A stretch of DNA of 64,000 bases from an uncultured beta proteobacterium (lineage in GTDB: Bacteria; Pseudomonadota; Gammaproteobacteria; Burkholderiales; Burkholderiaceae_C): positions 4,580 through 68,579 of the forward strand of contig CAIXNB010000231.1 of assembly GCA_903920695.1 (NCBI GenBank), given 5' to 3'. The translations under genes and the position numbers were made by a program. The stretch's first letter is position 1, and the number at the start of each line of letters is the position of its first letter. The notes below the pieces were generated by a model, which worked only from the letters and a program-made list of their open reading frames with translations, did not search any database and was not told the origin of the DNA. Shown here piece by piece: positions 42,390 through 52,845 of this stretch.

Positions 42390-43658
42390 TCAAACCAGCC
42401 ACAGCAAAGGCAATAAGCCCAGAACTGACAGCCCGATCAACAGCCATGCGCTTTGAATACCCGCCACACCAGAAGACAGGAAGTAGGCATAAGCACCTTT
42501 GGCCAGGTTGTTGCTGGTGACTGCAATCAGTATCCCTATCGCTGCAACCGAAGGTGGCGTGACAGTCCCTGAGGCTTGCGTCATACCCATGATGAAGGGG
42601 TCGATATCCGCAACGCCCATCATGGCTGAGAGCGTATAGATACCAGCGCGCCCGAGGTAGACTGCGGTGAGATGGGTCGCGATCAACATGGCAAGAAATA
42701 GCAGGGTAAAGAGAAGCGCCGCGCGCAGCTCAAGCGGATTGGGGGGTGCTGCCGGGTCCTGGATCGCATGACTGCTGGCATCGCGCCGCTGCGCCCAGAA
42801 CCAGCCGGCACCAATTGCCAAAACACCTAATGCCAGAAATGAAGGGCCCAACGCGCGCATCAGTTCCCGATTGAACAAAGCCAGCAGCACGGCCAAGCGC
42901 AGGTACATCACGCCCGATGCAATCAAGATGCCACCGGAAAACAAATGCGGCAGGCTCTCCTTGGCCGAACGCTTGGCGAGAACCACGGTAGTCACCGTCG
43001 ACGAATAGGCGCCGCCCAGGATCGAGGCCAGGATCACGCCACCCTGACCTTTGGACAGCTTCTGAATCACATAGCTGCCATAGGAAACCGCACTCACCGC
43101 AACGACCACCAGCCAGGTCTTGAACGGATTGATCTGGAACTGGCTGAAAGCCTCGTTGGGCAAGATCGGCAGGATCACCGCCGTCAGCAGCAAGAATTTG
43201 GTGAAGGTGACAACGTCTTGTGATGTGATGCGCTGGGCCAGTCCTTCCAGCCCCCCTTTGAGTTCAAGCAGCAGCATGCTGACCACACCCAGCGTAGTGG
43301 CCATCCACAAATGCTGCTGGGAGACCAATGCGCCAATCAAGTAGGTGATGAGGCCGGCCAACTCGGTCGTCAGACCGACCAATTCGCCCGTGACCAGTTT
43401 GTGCCAGTACGACAGCAAGAGAAACCCGGAAACCGCGATGAAACCCAGTGCCAGCGGCAGGATCTGGTTCCCCGATACCGATGCCATCGCGTAGCCGATC
43501 AGGCCAATCAGCGGGAAGGTGCGAACGCCACCAAACACATATATCTCAGCGACCGCCTTTTTCCCTTCTCGCTCAAGTCCGATCAGAAAAGAGAGGAACA
43601 GTACCAAAAGAATGTTCTGCGCCTGCGGCGGCAGCCACTCGCTAAGTGCAATGGACAT
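42390..43658 (-). CDS. MgtC/SapB-family plus DUF4010 integral membrane protein
   Basis: A 422-aa polytopic membrane protein. The N-terminal segment LVLFLSFLIGLEREGKK is typical of MgtC-family proteins, and about 10 further TM helices follow. Confidence 0.65.
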   Translation of the reverse strand: MSIALSEWLPPQAQNILLVLFLSFLIGLEREGKKAVAEIYVFGGVRTFPLIGLIGYAMASVSGNQILPLALGFIAVSGFLLLSYWHKLVTGELVGLTTELAGLITYLIGALVSQQHLWMATTLGVVSMLLLELKGGLEGLAQRITSQDVVTFTKFLLLTAVILPILPNEAFSQFQINPFKTWLVVVAVSAVSYGSYVIQKLSKGQGGVILASILGGAYSSTVTTVVLAKRSAKESLPHLFSGGILIASGVMYLRLAVLLALFNRELMRALGPSFLALGVLAIGAGWFWAQRRDASSHAIQDPAAPPNPLELRAALLFTLLFLAMLIATHLTAVYLGRAGIYTLSAMMGVADIDPFIMGMTQASGTVTPPSVAAIGILIAVTSNNLAKGAYAYFLSSGVAGIQSAWLLIGLSVLGLLPLLWLV

Positions 43659-43702
43659 GCTGAATTATCTCTCGCATTTCGCAGCCAAAGCCGCGGCCTG
43701 GC

Positions 43703-45154
43703 CTAAATACCAGTGGCCTGTGCCATCAGCGCGCGCCAGCGCCGGTAGCGCGCCTGCAGCGCTGCATCGCTCTGCACCGCGAAGACATCCTCGTGCGCAC
43801 CCTGGTTCCAATCCGTTGGACGTCCGCATGCCAGATAGGCGATGCCGCGCGCGCTCGCTTCCGGGTCGTCGCGCCGATGCACCGGCAGGCCGCTGATACA
43901 AGCCAGGCGCTGGCACAGACCGTCGAGCAGCGAGACGCCACCGCTGATGCGGATGCGCTGCGCGGCAGGTACATGCGCGTTCATGTGATCGATGTTGGCC
44001 TGCAGCAGGAAGGCAATGCTCTCGACCACGGCCACAACCTTGAGCCAGGGCTCAGCCTCGCCGACGAAGCGTGACTCGAACTCAGGCTGCCAGAAGGGCC
44101 CGCCCAGTCCGGCGATGCCGTTGAGAAACAGCGGCGGCTCCTCGGGCCGTGCCAGCCATTGCGCCAGTTTGTCGGTGAGTTGATCGATGCCAAATTCCTT
44201 GCGGACCCATTCCAACGCCGTACCGGCACCGTTCACATTTCCTTCCACCATGTAGACGCGTGTACTGCCGTCGTCCAGAATGATGCCCGTCAGTTGGCGC
44301 GGCACCTGGCCAGGAAAGTCGGTGAGTGCGCGTTGCACGAAGGCGCTGGTGCCGATATTGATGTAGGCCGAATCCGCCTCCGGCCAACCAAAGGCGAAGA
44401 CAGCCGCCGACTGGTCACCGTTGACCGCCGTGAGGGGAATGGCAGTGTCCGGCAAGTCCAGCGTTCCCCAAGCATGGCAGGTCGGCACGCTGCGTGGCAG
44501 AAAACCTGCTGGCAGACCGAACAGCGCCAGCAGTTCCGGGTCCCAATCATGCGTGCGCAGGTTCCACAACTGGGTGCGCGCGGCGCATTGCGGGTCAGCC
44601 AAAAAAGACCGTTCTACGCACATACGAAACACGACAAAGCTCGTCATCGGGCCCCAGCACAGGGTCTTGTTCTCAAGCGCGGCACGCACGGCGGGCAGAT
44701 GGTCCAGCGCCCAGCGCAATTTAGTGGCGCCGTAGTGCGGCGAAAGAAAGAGGCCGGTCTTGCGATGCACGGCATCAGCGTGCGGCTGCAATTGGTCGAT
44801 CCAGGCGTGGGCGCGCCGGTCCTGCCAACTAAAAATTGGCGACAGGGGCCGACCGGTGACCCGGTCCCAGCAGATCGCACTGGAGCGCTGGCTCGACAAC
44901 CCGGCGACCACGACGTCTTGTCGTCGCGGCCCCAATGCCTGCAAGGCCTGCGTCGCGCCCACGCGCACCGAGTCCACAATCTCGTCGCCATCCTGCTCGG
45001 CCCAGTCGGTCTGCGGGTATTTGATGCTGATGTTGGCCACGCCGCTGGAGAGCGTGCGACCCAAGCTATCAAACACTAACGCCCGACTCGCGTGCGTTCC
45101 CTGGTCAATGGCCAGAACCAGCGGGTTGGTTACGGCACCGATTCGTTCGTCCAT
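43703..45154 (-). CDS. FGGY-family carbohydrate kinase (glycerol kinase-like)
   Basis: N-terminal ATPase motif LVLAIDQGTHASRALVFD and FGGY C-terminal domain motifs (GGVSLLDGLCQRLA). I chose the ATG at 45154; the track start at 45208 is possible. Confidence 0.8.
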   Translation of the reverse strand: MDERIGAVTNPLVLAIDQGTHASRALVFDSLGRTLSSGVANISIKYPQTDWAEQDGDEIVDSVRVGATQALQALGPRRQDVVVAGLSSQRSSAICWDRVTGRPLSPIFSWQDRRAHAWIDQLQPHADAVHRKTGLFLSPHYGATKLRWALDHLPAVRAALENKTLCWGPMTSFVVFRMCVERSFLADPQCAARTQLWNLRTHDWDPELLALFGLPAGFLPRSVPTCHAWGTLDLPDTAIPLTAVNGDQSAAVFAFGWPEADSAYINIGTSAFVQRALTDFPGQVPRQLTGIILDDGSTRVYMVEGNVNGAGTALEWVRKEFGIDQLTDKLAQWLARPEEPPLFLNGIAGLGGPFWQPEFESRFVGEAEPWLKVVAVVESIAFLLQANIDHMNAHVPAAQRIRISGGVSLLDGLCQRLACISGLPVHRRDDPEASARGIAYLACGRPTDWNQGAHEDVFAVQSDAALQARYRRWRALMAQATGI

Positions 45155-45369
45155 GGCTTGTGCAATCCTATGACTGGTGTTGCTCCTGACAATGCGTCGA
45201 TCTGGCAATAGGTCTTATCGTGCGCCGCATTTTGGGTGTAGCGCGTTGACATTTGATGCGCAAATTCTAGGCCTGAATCGCAGTTTTTGGATGGCCGTTT
45301 GTTCGGCAACGTACCGACCAGTCAAAGACGAATGCGTACGATCTGCTGATAAGCAACCAAGGTATTACC

Positions 45370-45600
45370 ATGACCGGCACAGGCGCATCAATTTCGCAGG
45401 ATTCCATAGTCACTGCGCAACTGCTTCATCGTGAAGCGGCTACCTATCTGGAAAAAGCTGTCAAGCACCATCGGCAGGCCGCGTTGCTGCACGATGCGGG
45501 CGACGCAAGGCAAGCCGAGACCCATGGCAGCATCGCATACAACCATACTGCGCAAGCACTCGAAGTTAGTGGCCAGGCATTGAACGTCCTGCCTTGGTAG
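45370..45600 (+). CDS. small hypothetical protein (His/Ala-rich helical hairpin)
   Basis: A 76-codon ORF in an otherwise empty 400-nt gap. It shows a helical heptad-like pattern with HH/AA motifs (EKAVKHHRQAALLHDAGDARQAETHGSIAYNHTAQALE). No recognisable domain. Confidence 0.35.
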   Translation: MTGTGASISQDSIVTAQLLHREAATYLEKAVKHHRQAALLHDAGDARQAETHGSIAYNHTAQALEVSGQALNVLPW

Positions 45601-45679
45601 CCCGTTTGTGCCCGTGTGCGCGTTGAGGACGACCGTGACCGACCCCAGCTTGCCCCGAAGACGGCGCTTCGCCAAAGCG

Positions 45680-46372
45680 ATGGGCCGCCACGCCGAGCAC
45701 CACAACAGCGACCGCATCGGTTGGTTGCGCGCGGCCGTGCTCGGTGCCAACGACGGCATCGTCTCGACCGCCAGCCTGGTGCTCGGCGTGGCCGCAGCGG
45801 GCACCGAGCACCGCTTGATTTTGCTGACCAGTGTCTCGGGCCTGATCGCTGGCGCCATGTCGATGGCGGCGGGCGAGTTCGTCTCCGTTCACTCGCAGGA
45901 AGACACTGAGAAAGCCGACTTGGCGTTTGAGCGCGCTGAGATCAAGCAAGACCCCGTGGGCGAGCAGCGCGAGCTAGCAGGGATCTACGCCGGGCGCGGC
46001 CTGGACCAGCCCCTAGCCGAGCAGGTTGCGGCTAAGTTGATGGCCCATGACGCGCTCGGTGCACACGCCCGCGACGAGTTGGGACTCTCCGACACGACCG
46101 CTGCGCGCCCAACCCAGGCGGCACTGGTCTCGGCCGCGAGCTTCTTGGTCGGCGCGGTGTTGCCGATTGCCGTTGTTGCACTGGCAGCACCGGCGCATTT
46201 GATTCTCTGGGTGTCTGTGGCGTCGCTGGTTTTTCTGGCCGGCTTGGGCGCGCTCTCGGCGCGGGCTGGCGCAGCCCCGGTGTGGCGCGGCACCTGGCGC
46301 GTCGCCTTCTGGGGTGCTGTGGCGATGGCAGTCACTGCAGGCGCTGGCGCCCTATTCGGTGCCGTGGCCTGA
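45680..46372 (+). CDS. VIT1/CCC1-family iron/manganese transporter
   Basis: HSDRIGWLRAAVLGANDGIVSTASLVLGV and AGAMSMAAGEFVSV are VIT-family signatures, and C-terminal TM helices are present. I chose the ATG at 45680. Confidence 0.8.
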   Translation: MGRHAEHHNSDRIGWLRAAVLGANDGIVSTASLVLGVAAAGTEHRLILLTSVSGLIAGAMSMAAGEFVSVHSQEDTEKADLAFERAEIKQDPVGEQRELAGIYAGRGLDQPLAEQVAAKLMAHDALGAHARDELGLSDTTAARPTQAALVSAASFLVGAVLPIAVVALAAPAHLILWVSVASLVFLAGLGALSARAGAAPVWRGTWRVAFWGAVAMAVTAGAGALFGAVA

Positions 46373-46380
46373 TTGCGTAT

Positions 46381-46933
46381 TCAGCGTGCCAAGTAGCCGC
46401 CGTCGATCGGATAGAACGACCCGGTGGCAAACGATGCGCGGTCGGACGCAAGTCAGGTAATCAGCTCTGCCACTTCCTCGGCTCGCCCCAGGCAACCCAG
46501 GGCATGGGGGTGTGAATGAAGCCTGGGCCAACCGCGTTGATCCGAATGCCTTGGCCGTCGTACTCCCATGCCGCCGTTTGGGTCAGGCCAATCACGCCTT
46601 GCTTGGCCGCTGAATAGGCCGGTGAGCGGGGACCGCCGACCGAACCCAATAACGATGCCAAATTGATGATGGAGCCGCCGCCGATCGTCAACATGGCTTT
46701 GATCTGTGCCTGCACGCCAAAAAACACGCCGCTCAGGTTGATGTTGAGCACTTGCGCCCAGCCATCCCCTGGGTAGTCTGCGGTCAGCGCCACAGGGCCG
46801 CTGTCTCTTCGCCTTGTTCTGCCTAAACGTCAGAGACGACGACTTTTGCACCTTCGCGGGCGAATACCAACGCCGTAGCGCGGCCAATACCAGAAGCCGC
46901 ACCGGTTACCAAAGCAATCTTGCTTTTGCGCAT
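46381..46933 (-). pseudogene. decayed short-chain dehydrogenase/reductase (SDR) gene
   Basis: The gene begins with an intact SDR N-terminus [36 protein letters not shown], followed by these lesions:
- An in-frame TAG at ~46823-46825.
- About 60 aa of the expected core missing, with a frame change before ALTADYPGDGWAQVLNINLSGVFFG...YSAAKQGVIGLT.
- A further frame change.
- A TGA replacing the expected Trp in [31 protein letters not shown]. Confidence 0.85.
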
Positions 46934-47160
46934 GAGGGTTCCTTGAAGTAAAACATTTGACGGCCCGATTCACTCGTCAATGACATGGTTTTCAAATGAA
47001 ACGTTCCTGACGCCGCACATCATGGGTTGGTCTGAGCGTTTGTGTGTTGGCTGCCACACCGACACCTCGTGGCGGTTTCATGACATCGACGGGCTCATCG
47101 GTTCGGCAATGTGCGGTAGGCAACAGACCACGGCGCAGCCAGTTTCTAGAGTGGATCATC

Positions 47161-48642
47161 ATGAAAACATCTCAGAACACCCCATCACTGGCTCCCAAAC
47201 CCGCATCCACGTCAAACCGGTCGCCAGGCAATTTGAAGCTGGGTTTGCTAGTGGCCTTGGTTGTCGGATCCATCATCGGCAGTGGCATCTTTGGCCTGCC
47301 ACAAAACATGGCGTCCGGGGCTGGCGCGGGGGCCATTGTGATTGGCTGGCTCATCACGGGCGTCGGCATGCTGATGCTGGCGTTTACCTACCAGATGCTG
47401 GCAATCAAGAAACCGGATTTGGACAACGGCGTTTACGCCTATGCACGCGCGCTATCTGGCGAGTACGTGGGCTTCAATGCCGCCTGGGGCTATTGGGTCA
47501 GCGCATGGATTGGCAACGTGGGCTACCTAGTCGCGGCGTTTGGTGCGCTCGGTTACTTTTACCCGGCCTTTGGTGAAGGCAACACGCGCACTGCCATCAT
47601 CGGGGCATCGGTGGTGGTGTGGGTAGTGCACTTCATGGTGCTGCGCGGCATTCAAGGCGCCGTGGTGCTCAACGCGGTGGTGACGCTGGCCAAACTCGTG
47701 CCACTGTTGCTGTTCATCGTTTTGGTGGCGATGGCGTTCCAGGTGCAGACCTTCGAGCTCAACTTCTGGGGCGATGCCAAGCTGGGCTCGGTGCTTGATC
47801 AGGTCCGCAGCACGATGCTGGTCACCGTCTGGGTGTTCATTGGCATCGAAGGGGCCAGTGTCTACTCGGCGCGGGCCGCCAAGCGCGAAGACGTTGGGCA
47901 GGCCACCATTATCGGCTTTCTGGTCTGCCTGGTGTTGCTGATGGGCGTCTCCTTGCTGTCAACAGGCATCTTCACCCAACCTGAACTGGCCGCCTTGAAG
48001 AACCCTTCGATGGCGCCGGTGCTTGAGAAGGTCGTCGGGACCTGGGGTGCCGTCGTGGTCTATGTCGGTCTTATCGTTTCGGTGGGCGGTGGATTCCTGG
48101 CTTGGACGCTGCTGGCGGCCGAGTCGCTCTTCACACCGGCGGGCGGCGGCGTCATGCCGAGCTGGCTCGCCAAACAAAATGACAAGGGTGTACCAGCCCA
48201 TGCGATGTGGCTGACAAACGGCATGGTGCAACTGTTCCTGCTACTCACGCTGCTGTCCAAGGCCTCGTACCTGGCCTTGATCTCGCTGTCCACCGCGATG
48301 ATTCTGATCCCCTATCTGTTCAGTGCGGTCTATGGCTTGAAACTGGCATGGCAGGGAACGGGTCCGCCGGCAGTTCAAGTGGAGAATCGCCACCCGCGCC
48401 GATACATTGCGATCACCGCGTTGGCGAGTATCTATTGTCTGTGGTTGCTGTATGCCGCGGGCCTGAAGTACCTGCTGCTCAGCGCTCTGCTGTATGCCCC
48501 CGGCGCTGTTGTGTACTTGATTGCCAAGAAGCAAAGCAACGAGCGCGCGTTTACCTTGCGTGAATGGGTGCTTCTGGGGGCGCTGTGTCTGCTGGCTGTT
48601 GTATCAGCCTCCATGCTGGCGACCGGCCGTCTCAGCCTGTGA
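47161..48642 (+). CDS. arcD: arginine/ornithine antiporter (APC superfamily)
   Basis: ATG at 47161 (MKTSQNTP...). The APC signature LVVGSIIGSGIFGLPQNMA and ~13 TM helices are present. It is the first gene of an arcDABC arrangement. Confidence 0.85.
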   Translation: MKTSQNTPSLAPKPASTSNRSPGNLKLGLLVALVVGSIIGSGIFGLPQNMASGAGAGAIVIGWLITGVGMLMLAFTYQMLAIKKPDLDNGVYAYARALSGEYVGFNAAWGYWVSAWIGNVGYLVAAFGALGYFYPAFGEGNTRTAIIGASVVVWVVHFMVLRGIQGAVVLNAVVTLAKLVPLLLFIVLVAMAFQVQTFELNFWGDAKLGSVLDQVRSTMLVTVWVFIGIEGASVYSARAAKREDVGQATIIGFLVCLVLLMGVSLLSTGIFTQPELAALKNPSMAPVLEKVVGTWGAVVVYVGLIVSVGGGFLAWTLLAAESLFTPAGGGVMPSWLAKQNDKGVPAHAMWLTNGMVQLFLLLTLLSKASYLALISLSTAMILIPYLFSAVYGLKLAWQGTGPPAVQVENRHPRRYIAITALASIYCLWLLYAAGLKYLLLSALLYAPGAVVYLIAKKQSNERAFTLREWVLLGALCLLAVVSASMLATGRLSL

Positions 48643-48712
48643 TTGAGTCCTGTTCTGCTTGAACAGCGACCCACTCGTCCCGCGAATCATCGCATCACAA
48701 AAAGGTTTCCCT

Positions 48713-49930
48713 ATGTCAAAAGGTTTGCATTCCGAAGTTGGTCGTTTGCGCACTGTGATGGTGTGCCGCCCTGGCTTGGCGCAGAAGCGCCTGACGCCGG
48801 CCAATTGCCACGATTTGCTGTTCGATGACGTGCTGTGGGTCAAGCAAGCGCGCAATGATCACGACGCGTTCACGACCGCGCTGCTAGAGCGCGATGTGGT
48901 GGTGCTGGAAATGCACGACCTGCTGGCCGATACCGTGGCGCTACCGGCCGCCCGCAAGTGGCTGCTGGATCGCAAACTCTCGCCTGACTATGTCGACGTC
49001 GAGACGACGCAACAGTTGCGCCCATGGCTTGAAGCGCTGGCACCCGCCAAACTGGCAGAGCATTTGATCGGCGGTGTGGCGCGCGCCGAGCTGCCCTTTG
49101 ATTCGGACGGCTTGCTGGGCCAGACTTCGGCGCCAGCGGACCTGCTGCTGCCAGCCCTGCCCAACACCCTGTTTACCCGCGACAACAGTTGCTGGATCGG
49201 CGACGGCGTGGTGTTGTGCCCGATGTTCTGGCCGGCCCGCCGACAGGAAACGCTGCTGATGACGGCCATTTACCGCTTTCACCCAAGGTTTGGCAGCAGC
49301 ACCAAGGTATGGTGGGGCGACCCCGATCAAGACCACGGTATCGCTTCGCTCGAAGGCGGCGACGTCATGCCGCTGGGCAAAGGTGTGGTGCTGATCGGCA
49401 TGGGTGAGCGCAGTTCACCCCAGGGCGTGAGCCAGCTTGCACGCAGGCTTTTTGCCAGCGGCGGTGCCACGCATGTGCTGGCCGCGCAGATACCCAAGTC
49501 GCGCGGTGCCATGCACATGGACACGGTATTCAGCTTCTGTGATCGTGACCTGGCCACCGTCTTCCCCGAGATGGTTGACGCTGTGCGGGTGCACAGCCTG
49601 CGCCCCGGCAAGCATGAGGGCAGCCTGGATGTGCGCACCGAAAGCAAACCCTTCATTGCGGTGTTGGCGACCGCTATGGGCCTGCCCACGATACGCACGG
49701 TGGCGACCGGTGGTGATGCCTATGAGTCCGAGCGCGAGCAATGGGACGACGGTAACAACTTGCTGTGCGTGGCGCCGGGCGTGGTCATGGCCTATGACCG
49801 CAATGTCTACACCAACACGCTGCTGCGCAAGGCCGGTGTCGAGGTCATCACCATGCCCAGCAGCGAACTCGGCCGTGGCCGCGGCGGCAGCCACTGCATG
49901 AGCTGCCCCGTCGAGCGCGATGCGCTGTGA
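48713..49930 (+). CDS. arcA: arginine deiminase
   Basis: [21 protein letters not shown], the FTRD motif ([13 protein letters not shown]), and the catalytic Cys in the C-terminal [13 protein letters not shown]. Confidence 0.9.
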   Translation: MSKGLHSEVGRLRTVMVCRPGLAQKRLTPANCHDLLFDDVLWVKQARNDHDAFTTALLERDVVVLEMHDLLADTVALPAARKWLLDRKLSPDYVDVETTQQLRPWLEALAPAKLAEHLIGGVARAELPFDSDGLLGQTSAPADLLLPALPNTLFTRDNSCWIGDGVVLCPMFWPARRQETLLMTAIYRFHPRFGSSTKVWWGDPDQDHGIASLEGGDVMPLGKGVVLIGMGERSSPQGVSQLARRLFASGGATHVLAAQIPKSRGAMHMDTVFSFCDRDLATVFPEMVDAVRVHSLRPGKHEGSLDVRTESKPFIAVLATAMGLPTIRTVATGGDAYESEREQWDDGNNLLCVAPGVVMAYDRNVYTNTLLRKAGVEVITMPSSELGRGRGGSHCMSCPVERDAL

Positions 49931-49949
49931 ACGTCAAAAGGACAACACC

Positions 49950-50948
49950 ATGAGTTTCAACCTGCGCAACCGCAGCCTGCTGAATTTGCAGGACTTTGCA
50001 CCGCGTGACATTCGTTACCTGCTGGATTTGGCGGCCGATCTCAAACGCGCCAAGGCCTCGGGCAACGAACAGCAGCGGCTCCAGGGCAAGAACATTGCGC
50101 TGATTTTCGAGAAGGCCTCAACCCGCACGCGTTGCGCGTTTGAGGTGGCCGTGCACGACCAGGGTGGCCACGTGACCTACCTCGACTCGGCGGGCTCCCA
50201 GCTTGGGCACAAAGAGTCATTGAAAGACACGGCGCGCGTGCTGGGGCGCATGTTCGACGGCATTGAGTACCGGGGTTTTCACCAGAGCGTGGTCGAGGAC
50301 ATTGCGCGCTTTTCGCACGTTCCCGTGTGGAACGGCCTGACCGACGAAGCCCATCCGACGCAGGTGCTGGCGGACCTGCTGACGATGCAGGAGTTTGGCG
50401 AGAAGCCCTTGCACGAGCTGTCGTTCTGTTACCTGGGCGATGCGCGCTTCAACATGGGTTGCTCGCTGCTCATTGGCGGCACCCAGATGGGAATGGACGT
50501 GCGCATTGCCGCGCCCACCGAACTACAACCACCGTCCGACTTGGTGGCGCAGATGCGCCTGCTGGCGCAGACCACAGGCGCACACATCACGCTGGAGACC
50601 GATCCGCGCCGCGCAGTGGCCGGCGCTGACTTCTTGTACACCGACGTCTGGGTGTCGATGGGCGAAGCGGCCGATGTATGGAAGCAGCGCATTGCCCAGC
50701 TCCTGCCGTACCAGATCAACACGGCGTTGATGCAGGCGACTGGCAAAGCGCGCACGCGCTTCATGCACTGTCTGCCGGCCTTTCACAACCTGGATACCGA
50801 AGTGGGCCGCGAGGTTCACGAGAAATACGGATTGACCGAGATTGAAGTCACTGACGCGGTGTTCGAATCCGACGCCTCGGTCGTGTTCAGCCAGGCCGAG
50901 AATCGGCTGCACACGATCAAGGCCGTGCTGGTTGCGACCTTGGCGTGA
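49950..50948 (+). CDS. arcB: ornithine carbamoyltransferase (catabolic by context)
   Basis: Carbamoyl-phosphate site STRTRCAFE, ornithine-binding motifs DVWVSMGE and HCLPAFH. It lies between arcA and arcC. Confidence 0.9.
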   Translation: MSFNLRNRSLLNLQDFAPRDIRYLLDLAADLKRAKASGNEQQRLQGKNIALIFEKASTRTRCAFEVAVHDQGGHVTYLDSAGSQLGHKESLKDTARVLGRMFDGIEYRGFHQSVVEDIARFSHVPVWNGLTDEAHPTQVLADLLTMQEFGEKPLHELSFCYLGDARFNMGCSLLIGGTQMGMDVRIAAPTELQPPSDLVAQMRLLAQTTGAHITLETDPRRAVAGADFLYTDVWVSMGEAADVWKQRIAQLLPYQINTALMQATGKARTRFMHCLPAFHNLDTEVGREVHEKYGLTEIEVTDAVFESDASVVFSQAENRLHTIKAVLVATLA

Positions 50949-50955
50949 GTCACTG

Positions 50956-51873
50956 ATGAAGCTGGTCATTGCCCTCGGTGGAAATGCACTGCTGCGGCGC
51001 GCTGAACTACCCAGTGCTGGCAACCAGTTGGAAAACATCCGCCGTGCGGCGGCGCAGTTGGTGCGCGTGGCCGCTGGCAACGACATGCTACTGACCCATG
51101 GCAACGGGCCACAAGTGGGCTTGCTTGCCTTGCAATCCGCTGCCTATACCGCTGTGGAGAGCTACCCGCTCGATGTGCTGGACGCCGAATCCGAAGGCAT
51201 GCTGGGCTACCTGCTGGAGCAGGAACTTGCCAACCTGCTGCCAGCCACGCGCTGCGTGGTCTCATTGCTGACGCGCGTCGAGGTGGACCGCAACGATCCC
51301 GCCTTTTCCAAGCCGAGCAAGCCCATTGGCCCGATGTACACCAAGGATCAGGCCGATGCCGTTGCCGCACAGCGGCATTGGACAACCGGACCCGACGGCA
51401 AGGGCTTTCGCCGCCTGGTGGCTTCACCGAAGCCGATGCGTATCCCGGCGCTGGACGCGATACGCTGCTTGCTGAACCATGGCGCACTGATCATTGCAGC
51501 GGGTGGTGGCGGCATTCCGGTGACGCGCAAACCAGGCGCTGTTGGCATGCAGGGCGTTGAAGCGGTTATTGACAAGGATTTGTGCAGTTCCATGTTGGCG
51601 ATTGAATTGCAGGCCGACTGCCTGATCATCGCCACCGATGTCCCGGCCATTTACCTGAACTGGGGAGAGCCCAACGAACGGGCCCTGGTCCGCACCACGC
51701 CCGAAGAACTGGCGCAGTATTCGTTCGCCATGGGCTCCATGGCGCCCAAGGTGGAGGCGGCCTGCGCCTTTGTTCGTGCCACAGGCAAGCGCGCCGTGAT
51801 CGGCTCACTCGATCAAATCGAAGACATGCTCGCTGGCGTCGCCGGCACCCAGATTTCACCGTTCGTCCATTGA
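50956..51873 (+). CDS. arcC: carbamate kinase
   Basis: MKLVIALGGNALL, THGNGPQVG and IAAGGGGIPV are amino-acid kinase family motifs typical of ArcC. Confidence 0.9.
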   Translation: MKLVIALGGNALLRRAELPSAGNQLENIRRAAAQLVRVAAGNDMLLTHGNGPQVGLLALQSAAYTAVESYPLDVLDAESEGMLGYLLEQELANLLPATRCVVSLLTRVEVDRNDPAFSKPSKPIGPMYTKDQADAVAAQRHWTTGPDGKGFRRLVASPKPMRIPALDAIRCLLNHGALIIAAGGGGIPVTRKPGAVGMQGVEAVIDKDLCSSMLAIELQADCLIIATDVPAIYLNWGEPNERALVRTTPEELAQYSFAMGSMAPKVEAACAFVRATGKRAVIGSLDQIEDMLAGVAGTQISPFVH

Positions 51874-52029
51874 GGGTGCTCGGCATAACTATCATAAACG
51901 CGTACGTGGTCAGGTTCCGGTCGGCCAAACCGATGTCCCAGCCAAGCCCACGCGTAACGGCTTCTCGATCATGACGCCTACATTGTTCAACACGATCGGC
52001 ACCACGGCTGACGTCCGTGTCACAAAAAA

Positions 52030-52845
52030 CTAAAGCCCGAGGGACTTCTCCGGCAGTCCGAACGCCAGTCCCAAAAGCTGGGTGTAGAGCAGGGTGCGAA
52101 TTGACGCATCGGCGGAGTCCGTCGCCAGCGCCTGCACCCCGTCAAAGCGCAGATGGCAGTGCGGGCAGGCGGTGCACATCACTTCGGCACCACTGGCCAG
52201 GGCATCGGCAATTTTGGCGAGCGTCATTTGCTCCGATAGGGGCGTGTTGGCGCCATGCAGCGGATCGCCGCAGCAGTCCAGTTTGCGCGGCCAGTCGATC
52301 GGTGTTGCGCCGGTCAGGCTGATCAGGTCTTCGAAGATCGTCGGCGCCAACGGGTTGTCGAAGCGCGCCACGTTGCTCGGGCGCAGCGTGTGGCAACCAT
52401 ACTGGGCGGCGACGCGAAGACCGGTGCGCGGCGCACGCACCGCTTCAGTCAACGCGTCAACGCCGATCACGCGGGCCAGCAGCGGCAGCACGTGCTCGAC
52501 CTGGGACGTCCCCGACCAGACCATACCCTCAGCGGCCAGCGCCTGTGTGATGCGCGAGCGCAGCGCCGCGTCCTCATCCAAGAAAGTGATCGCATGGCGC
52601 AGCGTGCCGAAGCAGCAGGCACAAGGCGTCAGCAGGTTGAGGCCAGCGCGCTCGGCCAGGGCCAGGTTACGCGCGGCAGCCAGCACGAAGGCGTCGCGGC
52701 TGACATCGCGGGCCGGGTAGCCGCAGCAGTTGAACTCCAGATCAACCAGCGTGACGCCCAGGTGCTGCAAGACGGCGCGGGTTGAGGCGGCGTAGGCCGG
52801 CAGTCGGGACGGAATCTTGCAGCCCAGGAACAGCGCGTATTTCAT
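52030..52845 (-). CDS. HdrB/GlpC-C-terminal-like protein with two CCG domains
   Basis: ATG at 52845 (MKYALFLGCKIPSR...). It has two cysteine-rich CCG motifs (EFNCCGYP and KLDCCGDP). ATGA overlap with the upstream gene. The track start at 53115 is an Arg/Pro-rich extension overlapping that gene. Confidence 0.75.
   Translation of the reverse strand: MKYALFLGCKIPSRLPAYAASTRAVLQHLGVTLVDLEFNCCGYPARDVSRDAFVLAAARNLALAERAGLNLLTPCACCFGTLRHAITFLDEDAALRSRITQALAAEGMVWSGTSQVEHVLPLLARVIGVDALTEAVRAPRTGLRVAAQYGCHTLRPSNVARFDNPLAPTIFEDLISLTGATPIDWPRKLDCCGDPLHGANTPLSEQMTLAKIADALASGAEVMCTACPHCHLRFDGVQALATDSADASIRTLLYTQLLGLAFGLPEKSLGL

Noticed and set aside
46957-46980. Inverted repeat TTGAC-N14-GTCAA upstream of arcD, considered as an ANR/FNR or ArgR site.
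   Set aside because: The spacing does not fit the FNR consensus (N4), and I cannot match it to a known operator. It may be coincidental.
51874-52029. 156-nt non-coding gap between arcC and the convergent glp operon, examined for a tRNA, small gene or mobile-element end.
   Set aside because: No cloverleaf-compatible structure, terminal inverted repeat or convincing ORF was seen. Only a weak 5-bp stem is present.
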